Assembly (NCBI GenBank): GCA_965205975.1
Contig: OZ242195.1
Coordinates: 96,001 to 160,000 of the forward strand
From: Candidatus Latescibacterota bacterium
GTDB taxonomy: Bacteria > Latescibacterota > UBA2968
Length of the DNA stretch: 64,000 bases
Reading direction: 5' to 3'
Shown piece by piece: positions 57,228 through 64,000 of the stretch. Each line of letters opens with the position of its first letter. The stretch's first letter is position 1. The notes under the pieces were generated by a model. It did not search any database. It saw only the letters and a program-made list of their open reading frames with translations, and was not told where the DNA came from. The position numbers and the translations under genes were made by a program.

Positions 57228-58328
57228 TCAGTCTTTCAGAACGCGGTTGGGCGTGTACTGGTTTGTGTAGTGACGCATGTTTCCCACGGCGTTGTTCTGT
57301 TTGATGGCGTCAGCGGGGAAGGTATGGAGAAACCAGTTGTTGTAGATTTCAGCACTTTCCTGGGGGATACCCCGAATGACTACGGCGGGTACACTAACGG
57401 CGCGAAAGGTGTTGTGGTGGATTAACATAAGATCGCCAGCGATGTGCGTATCGTCACCGCGATCCCGGCCGCCGTGCATGTCAAAGCTGTGGCTGTTGGC
57501 ATTTTCCAAAATCAGGTTGTAACGGGCTTCGTAGCTGGTGCCAGGTCTTCCAGTGCCTGCAATGTGGTGGCGGCACCAGTCGAACAAATTGGCTTCGATA
57601 AGGGCGTTGGATTGGTCCAGCACCACGCCGTAGCCCAGGCCGTAGCGCTGATTGTGGTGAAAGTAGTTGTGATGGATGTGGTTGTCCGTTGAGCCTGCCC
57701 GCAGGAAGATCGCGGCGTGGCTCCAGCCCCAGAGTTCGCAGTTATCGACTTCGAGGTTGGGATATTCGGTCTGGATGGCGCGGGAGTTGGGTATGCTGTA
57801 GTAGCGCCCTTCGGCATGGAGTTGTCTCATTTGCTCGGTGCGTCTGAGGGTGTCCGGTCCCCGGAAGCGAAGGCCGGTGATGCGGATGTTGGGTCCGGCG
57901 GCGATAAAGAGGGGTATGGTTTCGAGTTGTTTGGAGTAGAGCAGGGCGCCCTGGGAGCCGGGTTTGCCCCGGCCGCTGGCGAGCGTGACGCCTCCGCGTA
58001 TGGTGATGTTCTGATGTCCAGTCAGGTCGATTCTGATGGTATCTACTATATAGACTATCTGGTTGGGACCGGCGAACTGGAGAGCGTCGAACAGTTCCAT
58101 GCGGTTTGTGACCAGGAATACAGATGGGTCAACCAGGCGGTTATAGCCCTCGCCACCGCCGATGGGATTGCCAGTGGGGTTGATGTCGGCACCGAATTTG
58201 TCATCTGAAAGCAGGGGTTTTTCCTGCTGTCCGTTGCCATCTGATGTATCGGGATTGAGAGGTTTTTCTTTTTCAGAACAGGCAAACAGAAGGAGCAAGG
58301 CGGTGAGATATCTAAGCGTTCTTGACAT
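57228..58328 (-). CDS. Lipoprotein with right-handed parallel beta-helix (pectin-lyase-like fold)
   Basis: Lipobox LLFAC; repeated IHHN/IEAN/ARYN/IYNN strands; AGGAG RBS before ATG 58328. Confidence 0.8.
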   Translation of the reverse strand: MSRTLRYLTALLLLFACSEKEKPLNPDTSDGNGQQEKPLLSDDKFGADINPTGNPIGGGEGYNRLVDPSVFLVTNRMELFDALQFAGPNQIVYIVDTIRIDLTGHQNITIRGGVTLASGRGKPGSQGALLYSKQLETIPLFIAAGPNIRITGLRFRGPDTLRRTEQMRQLHAEGRYYSIPNSRAIQTEYPNLEVDNCELWGWSHAAIFLRAGSTDNHIHHNYFHHNQRYGLGYGVVLDQSNALIEANLFDWCRHHIAGTGRPGTSYEARYNLILENANSHSFDMHGGRDRGDDTHIAGDLMLIHHNTFRAVSVPAVVIRGIPQESAEIYNNWFLHTFPADAIKQNNAVGNMRHYTNQYTPNRVLKD

Positions 58329-58449
58329 GTCAATCTCCTTCTTTATTTCAAAATGATTGATCAATCAAAAACTACGGCAATTCAGCCGATTGATCAAGTC
58401 GAATAGAAGTCCTATCAACACGGGACCACTCAAGAGAAAGGAGTTCGCA

Positions 58450-59418
58450 ATGCGCGATATTGTGGTCTTTAGCGGGAACGCACATCGTCAATTGGCAGAG
58501 CATATATGCCAGTATCTGAGCGTGCCTCTTAGTCAGAGCACGATTAACCGCTTCAGTAACGATTGCATTCAGGTGCAGTTAAACGCCAATTGTCGGGAGG
58601 CCGATGTCTTTCTGATTCAGCCTCTTGTGCCACTTGTCCAGGACCATCTCATGGAACTCCTGCAGATGCTGGACGCGGCACGCGGGGCATCGGCTGCCCG
58701 TACGACGGCCGTTATTCCATACTACAGTTACGCGCGGTCAGATAAAAAGGATGCGCCTCGCATTTCTATTGCAGGGAGACTGGTGGCAGATTTGATTGAT
58801 ACGGCAGGTGCAAATCGGGTGCTCACGATGACTCTCCACGCGCCGCAGGTACATGGATTTTTTCGCATTCCCGTCGATCATCTCAATGCTCTCCATGTGT
58901 TGGCGAGATATTTTCGGGGCAAAGACCTGGCGGATACGGTCGTTGTTTCACCCGATCTTGGAGGCGCAAAGGAGGCAACGCATTTTGCCCGCCTGCTCAA
59001 GTTGCCCGTAGCTGCCGGAATCAAACGCCGCATCAGTGATGAAAAAGTCGTGATTGATTCAATTGTCGGCGATGTAGATGGGAAGAAGGTGATTGTTCTG
59101 GACGAGGAGATAGCTACGGGGGGAACACTTGTGGAGCTTGTTGATCGCCTTCGGGAGCGCGGCGTTAATCACATCACGGTATCCTGCACACATGGTCTTT
59201 TTACGGGACAGGCACTGCCGCGTTTGAGTGCAATTGCAGAAGTGAAGGAATTGGTGACGACAGATACGGTTCCGCTTCCTTCGCAGAGCCAATGTCCTCC
59301 CAATCTGACTACTCTATCCGTGGCACCTCTCCTGGGTGAGGCGATCCGCAGGATACACCACGGGGAATCGGTCAGCAGCCTGTTCACGGCTCCTGATTGG
59401 ATCGTGGATACGGGATAG
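58450..59418 (+). CDS. prs: Ribose-phosphate pyrophosphokinase
   Basis: [30 protein letters not shown] and [10 protein letters not shown] motifs. Confidence 0.95.
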   Translation: MRDIVVFSGNAHRQLAEHICQYLSVPLSQSTINRFSNDCIQVQLNANCREADVFLIQPLVPLVQDHLMELLQMLDAARGASAARTTAVIPYYSYARSDKKDAPRISIAGRLVADLIDTAGANRVLTMTLHAPQVHGFFRIPVDHLNALHVLARYFRGKDLADTVVVSPDLGGAKEATHFARLLKLPVAAGIKRRISDEKVVIDSIVGDVDGKKVIVLDEEIATGGTLVELVDRLRERGVNHITVSCTHGLFTGQALPRLSAIAEVKELVTTDTVPLPSQSQCPPNLTTLSVAPLLGEAIRRIHHGESVSSLFTAPDWIVDTG

Positions 59419-59428
59419 GAAAAAGATC

Positions 59429-60112
59429 ATGAAAAAGAAAGCAGTTGTCTTGCTCAGTGGTGGTTTGGATTCTACTACAACGCTGGCCATTGCGACAGAC
59501 AAAGGGTACGCGTGTTATGCGATTACTTTTTGTTACGGGCAACGACACGAAACCGAACTCGATTGTGCGAAAAAAATTGCCGCTCATTTTGGCGTACGAG
59601 ATCACGTTATTGCCAATATTGATTCGCGCGCTTTTGGTGGTTCGGCATTAACCGATGATATCGATGTGCCCAAAAATCGAGACGAGAGCGAAATGTCCGA
59701 TGGTATCCCGGTCACTTATGTACCCGCTCGCAATACGATTTTTCTTTCTTACGCGCTTGCAATGGCCGAATCTCTCGATATCCGCGATATCTTTATCGGT
59801 GTCAATGCGATTGATTACAGTGGTTATCCCGATTGCCGCCCCGAATATATCGCCGCGTTTCAAAACATGGCGAATCTCGCCACCAAAGCCGGTGTTGAAG
59901 GGGATGCGTTCACCATTCACACGCCGCTTATTGATCTGACCAAGGTCGAGATTATCAAATGCGGGTTAGAACTCGGCGTTGATTACGCTATGACCTGCAC
60001 CTGTTACGATCCCGATACAGAAGGTCGCGCGTGCGGGCAGTGCGACGCCTGCTTATTGCGCTTGCAGGGGTTTGCTCAGAATGATATGAAAGATCCGGTG
60101 GCTTATCGGTAA
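59429..60112 (+). CDS. queC: 7-cyano-7-deazaguanine synthase
   Basis: SGGLDS, YGQRH, TYVPARN, GYPDCRP and CY...CGQCDAC motifs. Confidence 0.96.
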   Translation: MKKKAVVLLSGGLDSTTTLAIATDKGYACYAITFCYGQRHETELDCAKKIAAHFGVRDHVIANIDSRAFGGSALTDDIDVPKNRDESEMSDGIPVTYVPARNTIFLSYALAMAESLDIRDIFIGVNAIDYSGYPDCRPEYIAAFQNMANLATKAGVEGDAFTIHTPLIDLTKVEIIKCGLELGVDYAMTCTCYDPDTEGRACGQCDACLLRLQGFAQNDMKDPVAYR

Positions 60113-60211
60113 GAGGTGGTTCTTCATTGCCGCAATGTACGCTTGCTAAATACATGCGGATTTACGATCTTACAAAGTCGTTATCTCATTCACATTCAAA
60201 GAATTGTGTTT

Positions 60212-61549
60212 ATGCCACCTCTCTCACTCGATCAACTTATCGCCGATTATTGCGATCAAAACGCACACTCGCAACGTCTTTTCAAGCGTGCACAAGAAGT
60301 TTTGCCCGGCGGCAATACGCGCACCGGTGTTTTTGTCAATCCCTTCCCGATTTACGCGGACCGGGGTGAGGGTGTTTATATCGATGATGTCGATGGCAAC
60401 CGCCGTCTCGACTTTGTCAATAACGCCACCGCCCTCATCCTGGGTCACGCGCATCCCGCTGTGAGCGATGCCCTGCGCGAGCGTATCAATAGTGGTACGG
60501 CCTTTTTTGGTCCTACCCAACTCGAAATCGAATGGGCAGAACTCCTGCGCGAGCGCGTTCCTTCTCTCGAACATCTGCGCTTTTGCAGTTCGGGTACCGA
60601 GTCTGTGGGCAATGCTCTGCGCGTTGCCCGCGCTTTTACGGGGCGTCAAAAAATTGCCAAATTCGAAGGTGCATATCACGGTATTGACGATCCGGCTCTC
60701 ATAAGCTATGTGCCACCTGTTACTCCCGATCTCGGTCCCGAAGAAGCGCCCAATTCGGTGCTTTCTTCTGCCGGTCTTGCACCCGCGACGGCTGAAAATG
60801 TCCTCGTTTTGCCCTTTAATAACGCGCGCGCTTGTGAACATCTCATTCGCCAACATGCGGAAGAACTCGCGTGCGTCATTATTGACCCGCTTTCTACGGC
60901 TGCTGGTATGGCTTTGCCGGATTCCGAGTTTCTCACGCTCTTGCGCAATGTGACGCGGGAACTTGAGATTCTTCTCATTTTTGACGAAATTGTCAGTTTT
61001 CGAATGACGTCGGGCGGCACACAGGCGGCGTATAATATCACGCCCGATATGACCTGTCTGGCGAAGGTCATTGCTGGCGGCACTCCGGCTGGTGCTTTTG
61101 GTGGTCGCAAAGATGTGATGGCGCTGTACGATCCCACTTCTGGATCACCTGCGATTCCTCAATCTGGCACGTATAATGGCAATCCTCTCGTGGCCATCGC
61201 TGGTCTTATGACTCTTAAAACCATGACTTCCGATGCATATCGCCACATCGACTCGCTCACCGAATACATTGCCGCTGGTCTCAAGGACGCTTTTAAAAGT
61301 GCCAGTATTCCGGCCACTATTGTCACTGCTGGCTCACTGTTTCGCATCTACTTTCTCGACCATACACCTGCCAATTATCGCCAGGCCGCACAAGACAGTA
61401 GCGAAAAACACCGCTGGCTCTATTTCTATCTTTTAAACCACGGTATTGTCATCCGCCAGGGTGGCTGTGTTTCTCTTCCCATGACGAGCAAACACGCCGA
61501 TGATTTGATCAACTGCGTGCGTGAGGGATTGCGCGTTTGGCCCTATTAA
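60212..61549 (+). CDS. Class III aminotransferase (glutamate-1-semialdehyde aminomutase-like)
   Basis: LPGG, DVDGN, SGTE, EGAYHG, IFDE, AKVIAGG and GTYNGNP motifs. Confidence 0.9.
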   Translation: MPPLSLDQLIADYCDQNAHSQRLFKRAQEVLPGGNTRTGVFVNPFPIYADRGEGVYIDDVDGNRRLDFVNNATALILGHAHPAVSDALRERINSGTAFFGPTQLEIEWAELLRERVPSLEHLRFCSSGTESVGNALRVARAFTGRQKIAKFEGAYHGIDDPALISYVPPVTPDLGPEEAPNSVLSSAGLAPATAENVLVLPFNNARACEHLIRQHAEELACVIIDPLSTAAGMALPDSEFLTLLRNVTRELEILLIFDEIVSFRMTSGGTQAAYNITPDMTCLAKVIAGGTPAGAFGGRKDVMALYDPTSGSPAIPQSGTYNGNPLVAIAGLMTLKTMTSDAYRHIDSLTEYIAAGLKDAFKSASIPATIVTAGSLFRIYFLDHTPANYRQAAQDSSEKHRWLYFYLLNHGIVIRQGGCVSLPMTSKHADDLINCVREGLRVWPY

Positions 61550-61560
61550 TCCAAAAATAA

Positions 61561-62283
61561 ATGTCCGTATCTATACCAGATGGCCTCGTTGTCCTCACCT
61601 TTGATGACGGCGTCAAATCACAATATACCTTTGCCGCACCCATCTTGCGCGAATGCGGATTCAACGCCACTTTTTATATTACTGAGGGATTGAACTTTCT
61701 CACGGATAAGACGCGCTATCTCACCTGGGTAGAAGTGCGCGAATTACACGATCTGGGCTTTGAAATTGGGAATCACACGCGGCGACATAAAAGCGTTGCC
61801 AACCAATCACGAGAGGAACTTTTATCCGATATCCGCTATATTGATCGGCAATGCAGCCACTACGGTATCCCAATTCCCACTACATTTTGTTACCCCGGCT
61901 ACACCAATACATCTGAAGCTGTTGATGTACTCAAAGAGCGCGGTTTTACTTATGCCCGACGTGGCACTGTACCCGAATATCCTTATGACCGGGAAGGTGG
62001 CCGTGGCTCGGCCTATAGTCCCGAGCAACACGATCCGCTTCTCATTCCAACTACGGGCGCGTCGGGACCGCACTGGAATTTCGACGATTTCTTGTGGTCG
62101 CTTGAGCAGGCGCAAAACGGTTGTGCCACAGTCCTCACCTTTCACGGGGTACCCGATCTCGATCATCCATGGGTGCATACCGAACCCGCATTTTTTGAAC
62201 GCTGTATGCAGCATCTCACAGATAATGGACACAGAGTAATCGCCCTGCGCGATCTTACAAACTACATCGCTATGGAGTCCTGA
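61561..62283 (+). CDS. Polysaccharide deacetylase family
   Basis: LTFDDG, EIGNHT..H, FCYP and LTFHG motifs. Confidence 0.9.
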   Translation: MSVSIPDGLVVLTFDDGVKSQYTFAAPILRECGFNATFYITEGLNFLTDKTRYLTWVEVRELHDLGFEIGNHTRRHKSVANQSREELLSDIRYIDRQCSHYGIPIPTTFCYPGYTNTSEAVDVLKERGFTYARRGTVPEYPYDREGGRGSAYSPEQHDPLLIPTTGASGPHWNFDDFLWSLEQAQNGCATVLTFHGVPDLDHPWVHTEPAFFERCMQHLTDNGHRVIALRDLTNYIAMES

Positions 62284-62284
62284 T

Positions 62285-63085
62285 ATGGTTGATCCTCTTC
62301 CCCTTGTTGCCTACGATACGCTTGCAGAGCAAACCGAAGCTCTATACCGCGATGGCTATGCGTATCTGCCAGGTGTATTGACGCCCGATCAAGTGGCAAA
62401 ACTCCGCGATTACATGGATGCGCTTACACCGATTTCGGAAAGTTTTGACAAAAATGGTCGCCCTGAAGATGTCGGTTTTATCAATAGACACATCAACAAT
62501 GCGTTCAACCGGCACGCTCATTTTCTGCAATTTCTCGACCGTCCCGGTGTGATCGAGATTGCTGAAGCCATACACGGCGACGATTGCCACTGCATTGGTA
62601 TGACCGCATGGATGACCGGTCCCGGTCGTCCCGACCAGAATCTCCATACCGACTGGCTTCCCCTGAGTCTGCCCGCCGATATACTTGAGGATTCTCGGGT
62701 GCGCATCCCCATTTTTATTACTACGGCGCATTTCTATCTTGACGATATCAGCGAAGCGCTTGGTCCTACTAATTTTATCCCCGGCAGCCATCTTTCGGGC
62801 AGAAGCCCCAATGGCGATACAACGTGGAAAGGGCAGACTGAAAAATCCATTATGTGCAATGCAGGCGATGTGGTCATTTTTCGCAGTGAGGTCTGGCATC
62901 GCGGTACGGCCAATACGAGCGATAAAACGCGCTATTTGCTTCAAGTCCACTATGCGAAACGCATGATTACGCAAAAATATCCACCCTATCTCAACCGGTT
63001 TCAGTTCAATTCCAAAATTCTCGAGCAGGCGACGCCGCGCCAGCGCCGCCTGATGGGCGATCACAAAAGCAGCAATTACGATTGA
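62285..63085 (+). CDS. PhyH-family dioxygenase
   Basis: DGY..LPGVL, LHTD, IPGSH and WHRG motifs. Confidence 0.88.
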   Translation: MVDPLPLVAYDTLAEQTEALYRDGYAYLPGVLTPDQVAKLRDYMDALTPISESFDKNGRPEDVGFINRHINNAFNRHAHFLQFLDRPGVIEIAEAIHGDDCHCIGMTAWMTGPGRPDQNLHTDWLPLSLPADILEDSRVRIPIFITTAHFYLDDISEALGPTNFIPGSHLSGRSPNGDTTWKGQTEKSIMCNAGDVVIFRSEVWHRGTANTSDKTRYLLQVHYAKRMITQKYPPYLNRFQFNSKILEQATPRQRRLMGDHKSSNYD

Positions 63086-63095
63086 GGAGTACACT

Positions 63096-63530
63096 GTGAC
63101 TTTCTTGATAGGATATTATCTTTGGCTAAAAGTTGTACATCTCATCGCCATGATTGGTTGGATGGTCGGTATTTTGTATTTGCCGCGGCTGTTTGCCTAT
63201 CACGCCGATGCCTCTGCTGATACGGATGAGACATTTCAACAGATGGAATACAATCTTATGCGGCTTCTGCTTATGCCCTGTATGATTGTCGTTTTTATTA
63301 CGGGCATTCTCTTGATTTTTGCAACAGGGAGCCTGACGAGCGGGTGGCTTCACACCAAATTTTTACTTGTTCTCATGCTCGCGGGATTGCACGGTATGAT
63401 GTCGCGCCAGCGCAAGAATTTTCAACGCGGCGAAAATACCAGAAGCGCGGCGTACTTTCGCACATTTAGCCACGTTACAACGCTTATTGTGATTCTCGTT
63501 GTCGCGCTGGCTGTTCTGAAACCTTTTTAG
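63096..63530 (+). CDS. hemJ: Protoporphyrinogen IX oxidase HemJ (CopD family)
   Basis: WLKVVHLI, LYLPRLFAYHA, WLHTK and terminal KPF; GTG start after GAGGAG. Confidence 0.9.
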   Translation: MTFLIGYYLWLKVVHLIAMIGWMVGILYLPRLFAYHADASADTDETFQQMEYNLMRLLLMPCMIVVFITGILLIFATGSLTSGWLHTKFLLVLMLAGLHGMMSRQRKNFQRGENTRSAAYFRTFSHVTTLIVILVVALAVLKPF

Positions 63531-63542
63531 TGGGAGTGAAAC

Positions 63543-64000
63543 ATGGCAAACGACGAATTTGTAATTCCGCGACGATTGATCAATTCGGACCGGGAGGAAA
63601 CACCGAGGTCCTTGCTGGACCTGATTGAACAGGGGCCATTCGATTTGGACACGGCGGCGTGGTGGATGTCGCATGTGACGAATGGGGCTTCGTGGATCGT
63701 GGGGTCGGGTCCGGGTGGGATCGGGAAATCGACGACGATGCGTTCCTTTCTGAGCGTTGTACCCGGGGACCGGGTATTTGCGATCGCGATGCCAGGGGAG
63801 ATCCCACCGCTCGCGGATCAGAAACGCTGCACTATTGCGCTCGAGTTGAGCGATCATCGGCCGCCCGGCTACCTTTGGGACCAGGACCTGCGTGACTTCT
63901 TCGACCTATCGAAGGTGGGACACCAGCTTGTGGGGAATGTCCACGCGGATACTTTGGAAGAGACGCGTGAACAGATCGTCGGGGCGTGTAGCGTTCCCGA
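63543..64000 (+). CDS. Compact P-loop NTPase of secretion-ATPase (VirB11/CpaF)-like type; partial, runs off the window end
   Basis: Not in the ORF track. MANDEFVIPRR...SLLDLIEQG...GSGPGGIGKSTTM...ALEL...GNVHADT; GGGAG RBS. Confidence 0.72.
   Translation, partial: MANDEFVIPRRLINSDREETPRSLLDLIEQGPFDLDTAAWWMSHVTNGASWIVGSGPGGIGKSTTMRSFLSVVPGDRVFAIAMPGEIPPLADQKRCTIALELSDHRPPGYLWDQDLRDFFDLSKVGHQLVGNVHADTLEETREQIVGACSVP

Noticed and set aside
59429..60112. queC as part of a Dpd or QatABCD-like defence system
   Set aside because: Canonical length and motifs, adjacent to prs, with no dpd or qat partner genes nearby.
60212..61549. Calling the aminotransferase hemL
   Set aside because: It lacks the typical HemL PGGVNSPVR start (has PGGNTRT), so only family-level support exists.
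1..64000. tRNA, rRNA or riboswitch genes, including selC
   Set aside because: No cloverleaf or recognisable conserved RNA motif was seen in the intergenic gaps by eye. An Infernal/Rfam or tRNAscan run is needed to exclude them.

Overview
64 kb of bacterial chromosome with roughly balanced GC (estimated by eye) and about 55 CDS. I saw no rRNA, tRNA or CRISPR array. Housekeeping genes (5' part of gltB, ferredoxin, nitrite/sulfite reductase, moaA, smc, rraA, lepB, prs, queC, hemJ) sit among many catabolic paralogues: 4 Cys-type sulfatases, 3 aldo/keto reductases, 3 PhyH-type dioxygenases, 2 enolase-superfamily enzymes, 2 Gfo/Idh/MocA oxidoreductases and 2 alpha/beta hydrolases. This content resembles Latescibacterota/Poribacteria-type marine or sponge-associated genomes, which is an inference only. 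Main findings: (1) An M20/AbgB-like amidohydrolase (14137-15459) has an in-frame TGA exactly at the metal-binding Cys of GHGCGHN, followed by a SECIS-like hairpin, making it a candidate non-redox selenoenzyme. (2) A ~970-aa exported fusion joins UshA-like, tetraheme c554-like and two thioredoxin-fold modules. (3) A 3-kb integrase-free islet (16472-19517) has genes bracketed by duplicated arms of one hairpin and carries a HEPN-motif ORF and a likely orphan toxin/immunity pair. (4) Tandem NrdR-like boxes and a DnaA box lie in the smc promoter region. (5) A decayed PLD-SNF2 defence locus is interrupted by an internally deleted IS3 element. All calls come from motif recognition by eye; no searches were run.
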